IMG/VR virus record: IMGVR_UViG_3300032288_004964
Span: 1 to 64,000 of that record
Reading direction: 5' to 3' (one strand)
DNA: 64,000 bases
The translations under genes were made by a program, and so were the position numbers. The notes below the pieces were generated by a model that made no database searches, was not told the DNA's origin, and was given only the letters and a program-made list of their open reading frames with translations. Shown one piece after another: positions 1 to 10,991 of this stretch (its first letter is position 1; each line of letters starts with the position of its first letter).

Positions 1-790
1 ACGGAACTGATGGTACAAATGGTACATCTGGTTCTGCTGGTACAAGTGGATCTTCTGGTACAAGTGGTACATCTGGTTCTTCCGGTACAAGTGGTTCTTC
101 TGGTTCTAGTGGTACAAGTGGTTCTTCTGGATCATCCGGTACAAGTGGATCTTCTGGTACATCTGGTTCCTCTGGATCATCCGGTACAAGTGGATCATCT
201 GGATCTTCTGGTACAAGTGGTTCTTCTGGTACATCTGGTTCTAGTGGCACAAGTGGTTCTTCCGGTTCTTCTGGTACATCTGGTTCTTCTGGTACAAGTG
301 GTACATCCGGTTCATCAGGTACAAGTGGCACATCTGGCTCCTCTGGTACAAGTGGTTCTTCCGGTCTTTCTGGTATAGACGGAACTGATGGTACAAATGG
401 TACATCTGGTTCTGCTGGTACAAGTGGATCTTCTGGTACAAGTGGTACATCTGGTTCTTCCGGTACAAGTGGTTCTTCTGGAACATCTGGTACATCAGGT
501 ACAAGTGGTACATCCGGTTCATCAGGCACAAGTGGTTCTTCTGGTACAAGTGGAACATCTGGAACATCTGGTTCTAGTGGTACAAGTGGATCAAGTGGTT
601 CTTCTGGTACAAGCGGTTCTTCTGGTACATCTGGATCATCCGGAACGAGTGGTTCTTCTGGTACAAGCGGTTCTTCTGGTACATCTGGTACATCTGGTAC
701 ATCTGGTACAAGTGGTTCTTCTGGTACAAGTGGAACATCTGGTACAAGTGGTTCTTCTGGTACATCTGGATATGATGGAAATGATGGATC
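1..790 (+). repeat. 9-bp-period G-[TS]-S coding repeat with a ~100-bp duplication at 378-bp spacing (1.. and 379..)
   Basis: ggtacaagt/ggttcttct/ggtacatct units; acggaactgatggtacaaatggtacatctggttctgctgg... occurs at 1 and 379. Confidence 0.95.
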
Positions 791-1682
791 TAATTCTTTA
801 AGATGGTTCTTTGATATTACAGTTGGTACTTCATCGGTTACTACCTTTACAAATGGTGGTGCTACTTCATTCGCTGGTATGGCACCAGGTACAGCATTTA
901 TAATAAATGATGTAGATTCTAATAGTAATAATGTTAATAGTTGGCATACAGCGGCTTTTAATTGGGTTAGTGCTACTAACTCAATAATTCTAAAAATTAC
1001 AGAAGTTGGTAATAATAGTAACTTTGGTGTGTATAATATTGACCAGATGACTGCTGGTACAGGTGAATACTCATATATAATTAGTACTTCGGGTGTTATT
1101 GCTACAAATGGTACTTTTTCAAATACTACTCTTTATTCTATAAGTTGGGTACTTAATGGGTCTAATGGTTCAAGTGTTTCTTTAACCGGCGTTAATAACT
1201 ATACTCCTTATTATACATCATCTACTACTTTATCATCCACTAGTTCTATATGGGACGATGGTGTGAATGTTGGTATTGGTCTTGTTCCTTCAGTTGGTAG
1301 TCCTTTTAAAGTAGATGTTCTTGGTGATGTTAATGTTCAAGGAACATTCTTCGCGATATCAAAATCATTTGATATTGTTCACCCTTCTGATCCCAATAAG
1401 AGATTAACTTACGGTTCATTAGAGGGTCCAGAGTATGGTGTTTATTATAGAGGTAAATTAAATGGATATATTATAGAACTTCCTTATTATTGGATTGACT
1501 TAGTTGATAATTCTACAATTAGTGTTGAATTGACTCCTTTTGGTTCATATCAAAGATTATTTGTTCAAAAAGTAGAAGATAATAAAGTTTATGTTAATTC
1601 GGATAATGGTGGTCTTCCTGATTGTTATTATGTAGTATATGCTGAAAGAAAAGATATACCTAAAATTATAATAGAAAAGTAA
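3..1682 (+). CDS. Collagen-like (G-X-X, Ser/Thr-rich) tail fibre protein, 5'-truncated by window
   Basis: The frame from nt 3 reads GTDGTNGTSGSAGTSGSS... without a stop into ORF 879..1682 (same frame). The C-terminus KSFDIVHPSDPNKRLTYGSLEGPEYGVYYRG is a motif typical of phage fibre C-termini. Confidence 0.8.
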   Translation, partial: GTDGTNGTSGSAGTSGSSGTSGTSGSSGTSGSSGSSGTSGSSGSSGTSGSSGTSGSSGSSGTSGSSGSSGTSGSSGTSGSSGTSGSSGSSGTSGSSGTSGTSGSSGTSGTSGSSGTSGSSGLSGIDGTDGTNGTSGSAGTSGSSGTSGTSGSSGTSGSSGTSGTSGTSGTSGSSGTSGSSGTSGTSGTSGSSGTSGSSGSSGTSGSSGTSGSSGTSGSSGTSGSSGTSGTSGTSGTSGSSGTSGTSGTSGSSGTSGYDGNDGSNSLRWFFDITVGTSSVTTFTNGGATSFAGMAPGTAFIINDVDSNSNNVNSWHTAAFNWVSATNSIILKITEVGNNSNFGVYNIDQMTAGTGEYSYIISTSGVIATNGTFSNTTLYSISWVLNGSNGSSVSLTGVNNYTPYYTSSTTLSSTSSIWDDGVNVGIGLVPSVGSPFKVDVLGDVNVQGTFFAISKSFDIVHPSDPNKRLTYGSLEGPEYGVYYRGKLNGYIIELPYYWIDLVDNSTISVELTPFGSYQRLFVQKVEDNKVYVNSDNGGLPDCYYVVYAERKDIPKIIIEK

Positions 1683-1683
1683 T

Positions 1684-3078
1684 ATGAGTACATACTATCC
1701 TTTTAAACCTATTGTTACTGATGGATTGGTCTTGTATTTAGATGCTCCTAATAAGAAGTCTTTTTCTGGATTCAATATTTGGTATGATTTAACTAATAAC
1801 TCAAATAATGCTTCTCTTTCAACTACACAGTCATCTATATCACTAGCTAATAGTATTATATTTGATGGATCTAGTGGACATGGAACTATGTCATCTTCAA
1901 CTAGTTTAGAATTGACATCCACAGGTACTATAATGGGTTGGTTAAAAATACCAAATTCTCCTAATGCTTTTGGTACTATTATAGCTAAAAGAGTTAATTC
2001 TACACCATCTGGTGTTGATTATCAATTAGATTTAGATTCATCAGGTTTTAATTTAAGAGGATCAATAAGTGATGGTGTTACTATAGATATTATAGGTGGT
2101 ACAACCACTTTAGCTACTGATACTTGGTATCACTTTACTTTTGTTTGGAATGGAACATCATTAAACTTATATCTAAATGGTGTCTCTGATGCTACTACAG
2201 TTTCACAAACAATAAATGCTCAAGTAACAAGTAATCCATTAGAAATAGGAAGAGGAAATGACACATCACCAGTTTATTTTAAAGGTAATATAGAACAGTT
2301 ATTAGTATATAATAAAGCATTATCTCAATTAGAGATAACTGAAAACTACAATATAACAGCAAGAAGATTTAGAGAAACTCTTGATGTGGTTTCACCTATT
2401 GTTCCATATGTTCCTCCTATAATAACTACTGGATTAATATTAAATTTAGATGCAGGTGATCTAAGTTCTTATCCTGGATCAGGTACTGATTGGTTTGATT
2501 TAACTGTTAATAACAATGATGTTATATTAATAAATGGTCCAACATTTAGTACTGCAAATGGTGGTAGTTTAGTATTTGATGGAGTTGGTGACTATGGTAC
2601 ATTGTCTTATAATTCTGGGTTTGATTTATCAATTACTGACTACACATTAGAAGGTTGGTTTAACTCAAATTCATTTGGGGCAGCTGCTGGTCAAATGTTG
2701 ATATCAAAAGATACAAGTGGATCTTCATTTGATTGGGGATTATATATACTAAATTCAACAACTTTGAAATTCTATAGTAATGCAACCTCAACAAATGTTA
2801 CCGCTACTGTGCCTACAATGAATACCGGACAATGGTATCATTATGTAGTAACTAGTATATCTGGAGTTATTAGAATATATTTAGATGGTGTACTATATCA
2901 AACAGGATCAATGAGTACTTCTAATAGTAGTACTACTCAAATTACTATTGGTTGCTTCTCATGGAATATTCCAGGTGGATACGTGGATGGTAAAATATCA
3001 ATATTGAGAGTTTATTCAATAGGATTAACCGGAGCTGAAGTTCTTCAAAATTATAATGCAATAAAAAATAGATATTAA
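1684..3078 (+). CDS. LamG/concanavalin A-like domain protein (2 domains), virion-associated lectin-like
   Basis: Repeated IVTDGLVLYLDA...SYPGSG..W.DL, WYH and YN.ALS..EI..NY motifs. Confidence 0.85.
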   Translation: MSTYYPFKPIVTDGLVLYLDAPNKKSFSGFNIWYDLTNNSNNASLSTTQSSISLANSIIFDGSSGHGTMSSSTSLELTSTGTIMGWLKIPNSPNAFGTIIAKRVNSTPSGVDYQLDLDSSGFNLRGSISDGVTIDIIGGTTTLATDTWYHFTFVWNGTSLNLYLNGVSDATTVSQTINAQVTSNPLEIGRGNDTSPVYFKGNIEQLLVYNKALSQLEITENYNITARRFRETLDVVSPIVPYVPPIITTGLILNLDAGDLSSYPGSGTDWFDLTVNNNDVILINGPTFSTANGGSLVFDGVGDYGTLSYNSGFDLSITDYTLEGWFNSNSFGAAAGQMLISKDTSGSSFDWGLYILNSTTLKFYSNATSTNVTATVPTMNTGQWYHYVVTSISGVIRIYLDGVLYQTGSMSTSNSSTTQITIGCFSWNIPGGYVDGKISILRVYSIGLTGAEVLQNYNAIKNRY

Positions 3079-3081
3079 AAT

Positions 3082-3366
3082 ATGAATACAAACACTTATG
3101 TAATCGCAAACATATCTGAATTGAATAATGTAGATTATTCACAGGTATCACAAACATCAGCCGAGACTGTTAGAAAAAGTATAGATTTAACTAAATTTAT
3201 TCTAAAGTATGATGGTAATAAACCAGCAACAATTCAATCTTTAGATACTAATGGTAAATTGGTATCTTATAATAATAATAAATACTTTACACATCCGCAA
3301 ATTCTAGAGATTGCATCAACAGTTGAATGGGTTGGAACACAAAGTTTTTTAATGAATGGCATATAA
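3082..3366 (+). CDS. Small hypothetical protein within the LamG cluster
   Basis: Clean 94-aa ORF tightly packed between LamG genes. Confidence 0.75.
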   Translation: MNTNTYVIANISELNNVDYSQVSQTSAETVRKSIDLTKFILKYDGNKPATIQSLDTNGKLVSYNNNKYFTHPQILEIASTVEWVGTQSFLMNGI

Positions 3367-5470
3367 TACTTTTTCACCTATAATAACTAATGGTTTAGTT
3401 TTCTGCTTAGATGCTGCTAACAATAAGTCCTATCCCGGTATAGGACTAAACTGGTATGATCTAAAAACAGTAACTCCAGCACTTTTAACCAATGGCGCTT
3501 ATTATGCTCCTTGGAATGATGGATCAATTAGTTTTGATGGGTTGAGTGATTATGTTAGTACTGATTTTATACCAACAATAGGAGTCGGTGATATTACTTA
3601 TGACGTTTGGTTTAAAACTGATACCGCTCAAACAGGCGGTATTATAGGAGTTAGAGACACTTCAGCTATTCAATGTGTTCTTGTTATGAGTGATAGTACT
3701 GGATCTTCAATAGGTGGTAACCTTTTATTATATTCATACGATGGGTCGGTTATTAATTCTACTTATACTACTAAAACATGGAATGATGGAATTTGGCACA
3801 ATGTAGTTATAGTACACAGCAGTACTAATCAAGATATATATGTTGATGGTATCCTTGAATCTAGTAATTCTTCCTCATCTCAGAATCTAAATATAACTTC
3901 CAAGTTACTTATAGGGTGTAATCCAAATGGTAATGTTCCTTTAAGTGGATGGAATTTTTATGGTAGTATATCAAATGCTAGAGTTTATGATAGAGCTCTT
4001 TCCTCTGATGAGATTTCTTATAACTATGATGCTATTAAATTTAGATATCTTAATAATAATACTTTTCCTAGTATAACAACAAGCGATTTGATATTAAACT
4101 TAGATGCTGGTGACTTAACATCTTATTCTGGATCAGGTCCAACTTGGTATGATTTAACTGCAAACTCATATGATGGTACTTTAACAAATGGTGCTTCCTT
4201 TAGCTCTATTGGTGCTGATAATATGGGATTTGATGGTACTAATGATTTTGTGGAGTTAGGTGATGTTTTAGATATGGGAACATATAGTTATACTATTAAC
4301 ACTTGGGTAAAAATATCAGCAACTAGTAGTGACCAAAAGTTTTTTAGTAAATCATTATCAGGTACTCAAAATTATAGATACGCTGTTGGTTTTCTAGCAT
4401 CTGCTCAGAAATTATGGGCTTTTATGCAAGGTAATGGTGGTCTTGATATAAAACCATATGGATCAACTACAATACTACCTTATCAGTGGTTTATGGCTAC
4501 TTATGTTTATGATAGAGGTTCTAATATAAAAATATATTATAATGGTGTTTTAGAAACACTAACTACTAGTTCTACAATATCATCTTGGAATGGATTAGAT
4601 TTTCAATCTAACAACCCGGCTAGAGTTGGTGCTTATACAGCAGCTGACAATACTAGTCCCATTGAAACAACTAATGGTAAAATAGCAATTTCTCAAATTT
4701 ATAGAAGAGCATTACCAGCATCTGAAATATTATATAATTATAATATAACTAAATGGAGATTTCTAAATGATAACCTACCTCCGGTTGTTCCAATTGTAAC
4801 TGACCAAATAGTTTTAAATTTAAATGCTAGTGATCCTGTTTCTTATCCTGGTACTGGAACTACTTGGTTTGACTTAACATTAAACACAAATGATGGAACA
4901 TTAACAAATGGTGTTGCTTATAACCCAGTTGATGGTGGTGTTATGATTTTTGATGGTGTTAATGACTATGTAGATTTCTCAACTACTAACCTATCAGGTA
5001 CTGGTGATATTACAATAGATACATTCCTTAAGTTAGATGGTGCTCAAACGGTCTATGCTAACATATTTGATTATAGCCATGCTGGTCCTCCAGGATTAGG
5101 TGGTTTTGTTATTCAACAAAATGCAGATGCTGGTGTTGGTAGTACTAATTTTTACTTTGCTTGGTGGACCGGATCGACATTTGACTTTTGTTTTTTTCAA
5201 GTTCCTTTAACCAACACTTACTTTCATTTGGTTATTACTAAAAGTGGCGGAAGTGTTGTGGTTTATATAAATAGTGTATCATCATTTACTGGATCAGGAT
5301 CATCTTATTTAGATGGAACTGGTAGAGTTATGGCGATTGGTGCTAATAAAGGAGGATATGGTAGATACATAAAAGGAACTATAGGTGAGTTTAGAATATA
5401 CAGTAAAGCATTAACAGCTGCTGAAGTTCTACAGAACTACAATGCTCAAAAAAGTAGATATGGTTTATAA
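3356..5470 (+). CDS. LamG domain protein (3 domains)
   Basis: Three copies of the L.L.LDA...SY.G.G..W.DL...Y.RAL...E...NY module. Confidence 0.85.
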   Translation: MAYNTFSPIITNGLVFCLDAANNKSYPGIGLNWYDLKTVTPALLTNGAYYAPWNDGSISFDGLSDYVSTDFIPTIGVGDITYDVWFKTDTAQTGGIIGVRDTSAIQCVLVMSDSTGSSIGGNLLLYSYDGSVINSTYTTKTWNDGIWHNVVIVHSSTNQDIYVDGILESSNSSSSQNLNITSKLLIGCNPNGNVPLSGWNFYGSISNARVYDRALSSDEISYNYDAIKFRYLNNNTFPSITTSDLILNLDAGDLTSYSGSGPTWYDLTANSYDGTLTNGASFSSIGADNMGFDGTNDFVELGDVLDMGTYSYTINTWVKISATSSDQKFFSKSLSGTQNYRYAVGFLASAQKLWAFMQGNGGLDIKPYGSTTILPYQWFMATYVYDRGSNIKIYYNGVLETLTTSSTISSWNGLDFQSNNPARVGAYTAADNTSPIETTNGKIAISQIYRRALPASEILYNYNITKWRFLNDNLPPVVPIVTDQIVLNLNASDPVSYPGTGTTWFDLTLNTNDGTLTNGVAYNPVDGGVMIFDGVNDYVDFSTTNLSGTGDITIDTFLKLDGAQTVYANIFDYSHAGPPGLGGFVIQQNADAGVGSTNFYFAWWTGSTFDFCFFQVPLTNTYFHLVITKSGGSVVVYINSVSSFTGSGSSYLDGTGRVMAIGANKGGYGRYIKGTIGEFRIYSKALTAAEVLQNYNAQKSRYGL

Positions 5471-6168
5471 TGTCAGTAGGTAGTTTAGATATAATAACAG
5501 ATGGATTGGTATTTTATGTGGATATTATTAATGACAAATCATATCCTGGTTCTGGTACAAATTGGTATGATCTTACTTCTAATGGTAATAATGGATCATT
5601 TAGTGGAAGCCCAACGGTCAATCAAAGATTTATTGGTTTCGATGGTGTTGTTGATTACATCAACTTTGGTTCTATTGGTCAATTACAGTTTTCAAATAGC
5701 GATGATTACTCAATATCAACTTGGTTTAGATGGACTACAAACTTAAATACTATACAGACCGTATTTAGCTATGCTCTATCAGGTGGTGCTGGTTATTATA
5801 TTGTTTTGAATTATCCCTCAAGTGATGTAGTACTCTCTGATTACTATGATGGTTCTAATTATCGTGGATTGAATACTAACTCACCAATTCCTAAAAATGA
5901 GTGGTGTAATATAGTAGTGACATCTGATACATCAAATTCATCAGCTGGTATGAACATTTATCTAAATGGTGAAATTATGAGTTGTACATCAAGAGGTTTT
6001 GGACCACCTAATTCTATAAACTATAGTGGTTTGGATGTAAATATTGCCACCAGAATGAATTCTGATTGGTTTGAGGGTGATATCTCTTCTATTATGGTTT
6101 ATAATAGAGCTCTGACACCTCAAGAAATACTACACAATTACAACAAATTAAAATGGAGGTTTTTATAA
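5470..6168 (+). CDS. LamG domain protein (1 domain)
   Basis: IITDGLVFYVD...SYPGSGTNWYDL...YNRALTPQEILHNY; start overlaps the upstream stop (taatg). Confidence 0.85.
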   Translation: MSVGSLDIITDGLVFYVDIINDKSYPGSGTNWYDLTSNGNNGSFSGSPTVNQRFIGFDGVVDYINFGSIGQLQFSNSDDYSISTWFRWTTNLNTIQTVFSYALSGGAGYYIVLNYPSSDVVLSDYYDGSNYRGLNTNSPIPKNEWCNIVVTSDTSNSSAGMNIYLNGEIMSCTSRGFGPPNSINYSGLDVNIATRMNSDWFEGDISSIMVYNRALTPQEILHNYNKLKWRFL

Positions 6169-6183
6169 AATAATATATAGATT

Positions 6184-9100
6184 ATGGCATCACAAAGAGA
6201 TATAAGAATAACCCCTAAGTTAGGATCTACAGCATCAAATGATTACCCAAATATTGATTTTGGTGGATTAAGTGCATCAACTATTAAATTAAAAGTTGAT
6301 GATGATGGTACAGTTGTTTATACTGGTACTTACGGTGTTCTTTTCAATGTAACTGATGAGAAGTTTGGACTTTTACATTCGGTTAATGATGTGTCAGGTT
6401 TACCTATTTTACAAGTTTATTCTTGGGATTATGTTCAGTTAGGAAAATGGGATAAATATGCCCTATCTGTTGCTACTGATAAAGTAGGTATTGGTTTAAC
6501 TGCTCCAAGTAATAAACTTCATATTTATTCAACACAATCTGATGCTTTCAGACTACAAGATGGTAGTGAAGGTTCTGGTTATGTTTTAGTTTCTGATGCT
6601 AATGGTGTTGGTAGTTGGTCTGCTAGTGCTGGTGGTGGTGGATCTGCTGTTATTTTATTGGGAGCTGGTGCTGGATCAAGTGTTAGATGTGGTTTAGGTA
6701 ATAATGCTTCTGGTGTTTGTTCAACTATAAGTGGTGGTTATAAAAACACAGTATCTAATGCACATTCAACTATAGGTGGTGGTAGTAATAATACTATATC
6801 CGGTAAATATGCTAATTGTTCAACTATAAGTGGTGGTTATCAAAATACAATCTCCGGTTATGGTTATTTTTCATTTGTTGGTGGTGGTGGTTGTAATTCA
6901 ATCTCTGGTAATAATTCATGTTACTCAACTATAAGTGGTGGTTATCAAAATACAGTCTCCGGATTTAAATCATACTACTCAACTATAAGTGGTGGTGTTC
7001 AAAATACAATATCTAGTTATTATTCCTCTTGTTTTTCATCTATAGGTGGTGGTAAATCAAACACAATTTCCGGATATTATTCATATCAATCAACAATCAG
7101 TGGTGGTTATTCTAATACAATCTCTGGTTATAGTTCATATTTATCGACTATAAGTGGTGGTTATGCTAATACAATCTCTGGTACAAATTCATACTCATCA
7201 ACAATCAGTGGTGGATGTCAAAATACAATCTCAGGATTTAACTCATATGAATCAACCATAGGTGGTGGTAGAAATAATACAATCTCAGGTCATTACTCAT
7301 TCGCATCAACAATCAGTGGTGGTGTGTTAAATAATGTAGTTGGGTATCAATCTTATGCAAACACTATATCTGGTGGTGTTCAAAATACAACATCTGGTGA
7401 TTACTCTACAATAGGTGGGGGTCGTTGTAATACAATATCAGGATCATATTCAACAAATTCAACAATAAGTGGTGGTTATCAAAATACATCTTCCGATAAA
7501 TATACTACTATTGGTGGTGGTTGTTTTAATGTGTCATCTGGTAGTGCTTCTACTATAGGCGGTGGTCTTAATAATACAGCATCTGGTTACTGCTCTACTA
7601 TATCCGGAGGTTCATTAAACTGCGCTTCTAATCAACTAGCTACTGTTGGTGGTGGTACTCTTAATAGCGCGAGTGGTATTAACTCTACTGTTGCTGGTGG
7701 TTGTTATAATACATCTACTAATACATTTGCTACAGTTGGTGGGGGTGTATTAAATCAATCTGATGGCGAATCTTCAACAATCAGTGGTGGGTATTCTAAC
7801 TTTATAGAAACTAGATCATATCAATCAACAATTAGTGGTGGTGGTTCAAACTCAATTGACAATTCATGTCAATCAAATATAGGTGGTGGTTATCAAAATA
7901 CAATCTCCGCTACTAATTCATATCAATCAAATATAGGTGGTGGTTATCAAAATATAGTATCTGGTGATAATTCATATTTATCAACCATAAGTGGTGGATA
8001 TCAAAACAAAATTTCTGGTATTCAATCATTCAAGTCAACAATAGGTGGTGGTGGTTCAAACTCAATTTCCGGTGCCATTTCAGAAGTATCAACTATTGGT
8101 GGTGGTTATTGTAATACAATCTCTGGTTTTTACTCATGTTTTTCAACTGTTGGTGGTGGTAAATTGAATACAATCTCTGGTTATTCTTCATATGCTTCTA
8201 CTATAGCTGGTGGTGGTGGTAAATTTGGAAATACAATCTCTGGGTTACATTCACAGAAGTCATCCATAGGTGGTGGTGATGCTAATTTAATATCTGGTGA
8301 TAATTCATATTTATCAACTATAAGTGGAGGATATTTTAATACAATCTCAGGTCAAAGTTCATATATGTCTAGTATTGGTGGTGGTAGAGATAATACAATC
8401 TCCGGTTATAATTCGTATTGTTCAACTATAGGCGGTGGTAATGTTAATACAATCTCTGGTACAAATTCGCAATTATCAACCATATCTGGTGGTCAATCTA
8501 ATGCAATCTCAGGATTTAATTCATATAGGTCAACTATAAGTGGTGGTTATCAAAATACAATCTCCGGTTACTATTCATATATATCAACTATAAGTGGTGG
8601 TAGACAAAATACAATCTCTGGTAATAATTCATATCAATCAACTATAAGTGGTGGTTATGCTAATACAATATCTGGTACAAATTCGCAATTATCAACTATA
8701 AGCGGCGGTTATTGTAATACAATCTCCGGTTATAATTCAGATAAATCAACTATAAGTGGTGGCCTTTTAAACACAATTTCTGGTTATCGATCATGTCAAT
8801 CAGCTATAGGTGGTGGTAATGCTAATACAATATCTGGTCAATGTTCGGTAGCATCAACTATTGGTGGTGGTAATGCTAATACAATCTCTGGTTATAATTC
8901 AGATAAATCAACTATAAGTGGTGGTGAAACTAACTACATATCTGGTACAAATTCATATAAATCAACAATTAGTGGTGGGTATCAAAATACAATATCCGGT
9001 CAAAATTCACAAATATCAACTATTAGTGGAGGATATGGCAATTTAGTCTCTGGGTTCAATTCATATTCATCAACTATAAGTGGTGGTAGACAAAATACAA

Positions 9101-10938
9101 TATCTGGTGATAATTCACAAATCTCGGTTATAGGTGGTGGTTCTCAAAATACAATCTCTGGTTATATTTCATATTGGTCAACTATAAGTGGTGGAAATAG
9201 TAATACAATCTCAGGAACCATTTCAGCTTTTTCAACTATAAGTGGTGGATACTGTAATTTAATATCTGGTCAATGTTCTTACTATTCAACTATAGGTGGT
9301 GGTAGACAAAATGAAATCTCAGGTTATTACTCATGTCTATCAACAATAAGTGGTGGGTGTAATAATACAATCTCTGGTTACTATTCACATTGTTCAACTA
9401 TTAGTGGTGGTAAATCGAATACAATATCTGGATTTAATTCATATCAATCAACTATAAGTGGAGGTTTCCAAAATACAATCTCTGGTTGTCAATCATATGT
9501 TTCAACTATAAGTGGTGGTACACTAAATGTGATATCTGGTGATGTTTCATATTTATCAACAATAAGTGGTGGGTATCAAAATACAATCTCCGGTACAAAT
9601 TCACAATGTTCAACTATTGGTGGTGGTAAACAAAATACAATTTCTGGTGATACTTCATATCTATCAACCATAAGTGGTGGTCTTGCTAATACCATCTCAG
9701 GAGTTTACACAAATAATTCAACCATAGGTGGTGGTGCTCAAAACTGTATATCAAGTCAACTTTCAGTAAATTCAACTATAGGCGGTGGTCAATCTAATAT
9801 AATCTCAGGTTATTGTTCATCAAATTCAACTATTAGTGGTGGTGAAACTAACTACATATCTGGTGTTACTTCATCCTATTCATCTATTGGTGGTGGTCAG
9901 ACTAATACAATCTCAGGAGATTGCTCACTTCAATCAACCATATCAGGTGGGTATTGTAATGCAATCTCTGGTACTAATTCTTATCAATCAATTATTGGTG
10001 GCGGTGCTAAAAATGAAATTTCTGGATTTAACTCATATAAATCAACTATAAGTGGTGGTGCTCAAAACTGTATATCTGGTCAATGTTCGGTAGGATCAAC
10101 TATTGGTGGTGGTATTCTAAATATAATTTCAAACGCTCCATGTAGTTCTATACTTGGTGGATGTAGTAATACTATAAATGGTATGACAGGTTCTGTTATT
10201 ATTGGGTCTGGTATAACTGCTTGTAGACAATATACAGCACATGCTAATGATATCATTATCACATCCATGACATCTTCAGTTTCTTGTTTTGTTGCTGTAG
10301 GTGCTGATGGATTATTAGTAGCAACATCATCTACCGGTGGTGGTGGAGCAAGTTTTTCTGGTACTGCTAATGTATTTACTAAATTCACATCCGCAACTAC
10401 AATTGGAGATACTTTATATGATGTACATGAAGATTCAACTGGTAGTAAATTATCATTTGGTCCTTCAACGGATACTGATGCTATCTCATATGGTCAAATA
10501 GCGCATTCTAAAGATAATATACTTACTAAGGGAGATGCTCAAACTAGTCAGATAATTCTAAAAAGAAATATCAATCCTAGTTCTTCCGGTCTTTTATATC
10601 CTGATAATGGTCTTACTCAATATCTTTATATACCTATTGATGGTGTTATAGCATTCGAAGTTCATGTAGTTGCTTTATCAACTGGTGGATCTGGCAATGC
10701 TACATTTATAAAGATTGAAGGTGCTGCTAAAAATATAGGTGGGTCTCCTGCTATAGTTGGTGGTGGAACAACCACTATAACCGTATCCGAGGACTCAATT
10801 GGTTTGCACGCAGTTAGAACGGTGAGTGTTAGTGGTTCCGGTTCTACATCTCATTTAACTATAGAGGTTGATAACAACTCAAATACGGAAAATGCTAATT
10901 TTGTAGCTTATGTGAGATATACTCAAACATTATACTAA
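6184..10938 (+). CDS. Repeat-rich fibre/adhesin-like protein (beta-helix/beta-roll STISGG repeats)
   Basis: Fibre-type N-terminus (VGIG...LHI...FRLQDG..G.GYVLVSDANGVGSW) followed by about 60 ~18-aa STISGGxxNTISGxxSxx repeats; TAATATATA promoter at 6171. Confidence 0.8.
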   Translation: MASQRDIRITPKLGSTASNDYPNIDFGGLSASTIKLKVDDDGTVVYTGTYGVLFNVTDEKFGLLHSVNDVSGLPILQVYSWDYVQLGKWDKYALSVATDKVGIGLTAPSNKLHIYSTQSDAFRLQDGSEGSGYVLVSDANGVGSWSASAGGGGSAVILLGAGAGSSVRCGLGNNASGVCSTISGGYKNTVSNAHSTIGGGSNNTISGKYANCSTISGGYQNTISGYGYFSFVGGGGCNSISGNNSCYSTISGGYQNTVSGFKSYYSTISGGVQNTISSYYSSCFSSIGGGKSNTISGYYSYQSTISGGYSNTISGYSSYLSTISGGYANTISGTNSYSSTISGGCQNTISGFNSYESTIGGGRNNTISGHYSFASTISGGVLNNVVGYQSYANTISGGVQNTTSGDYSTIGGGRCNTISGSYSTNSTISGGYQNTSSDKYTTIGGGCFNVSSGSASTIGGGLNNTASGYCSTISGGSLNCASNQLATVGGGTLNSASGINSTVAGGCYNTSTNTFATVGGGVLNQSDGESSTISGGYSNFIETRSYQSTISGGGSNSIDNSCQSNIGGGYQNTISATNSYQSNIGGGYQNIVSGDNSYLSTISGGYQNKISGIQSFKSTIGGGGSNSISGAISEVSTIGGGYCNTISGFYSCFSTVGGGKLNTISGYSSYASTIAGGGGKFGNTISGLHSQKSSIGGGDANLISGDNSYLSTISGGYFNTISGQSSYMSSIGGGRDNTISGYNSYCSTIGGGNVNTISGTNSQLSTISGGQSNAISGFNSYRSTISGGYQNTISGYYSYISTISGGRQNTISGNNSYQSTISGGYANTISGTNSQLSTISGGYCNTISGYNSDKSTISGGLLNTISGYRSCQSAIGGGNANTISGQCSVASTIGGGNANTISGYNSDKSTISGGETNYISGTNSYKSTISGGYQNTISGQNSQISTISGGYGNLVSGFNSYSSTISGGRQNTISGDNSQISVIGGGSQNTISGYISYWSTISGGNSNTISGTISAFSTISGGYCNLISGQCSYYSTIGGGRQNEISGYYSCLSTISGGCNNTISGYYSHCSTISGGKSNTISGFNSYQSTISGGFQNTISGCQSYVSTISGGTLNVISGDVSYLSTISGGYQNTISGTNSQCSTIGGGKQNTISGDTSYLSTISGGLANTISGVYTNNSTIGGGAQNCISSQLSVNSTIGGGQSNIISGYCSSNSTISGGETNYISGVTSSYSSIGGGQTNTISGDCSLQSTISGGYCNAISGTNSYQSIIGGGAKNEISGFNSYKSTISGGAQNCISGQCSVGSTIGGGILNIISNAPCSSILGGCSNTINGMTGSVIIGSGITACRQYTAHANDIIITSMTSSVSCFVAVGADGLLVATSSTGGGGASFSGTANVFTKFTSATTIGDTLYDVHEDSTGSKLSFGPSTDTDAISYGQIAHSKDNILTKGDAQTSQIILKRNINPSSSGLLYPDNGLTQYLYIPIDGVIAFEVHVVALSTGGSGNATFIKIEGAAKNIGGSPAIVGGGTTTITVSEDSIGLHAVRTVSVSGSGSTSHLTIEVDNNSNTENANFVAYVRYTQTLY
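6721..10180 (+). repeat. ~54-bp degenerate tandem coding repeat (tcaactataagtggtggt...aatacaatctctggt)
   Basis: Directly visible in DNA and protein. Confidence 0.95.
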
Positions 10939-10991
10939 GATGAAAATTAATATATATATAGAATTATAGATAAAAATTAAAAAGAACGTGA

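Noticed and set aside
10-801. ORFs 10..378, 388..801, 241..567, 574..765 (VQVVLL / MYHLYQ repeats)
   Set aside because: Shadow frames of the G-X-X repeat; the real frame starts at nt 3 and joins 879..1682.
6721-10180. Possible CRISPR array or DGR variable region
   Set aside because: Repeats are degenerate, in frame and vary at synonymous positions. There are no unique spacers, cas genes, reverse transcriptase or adenine-specific TR/VR pair.
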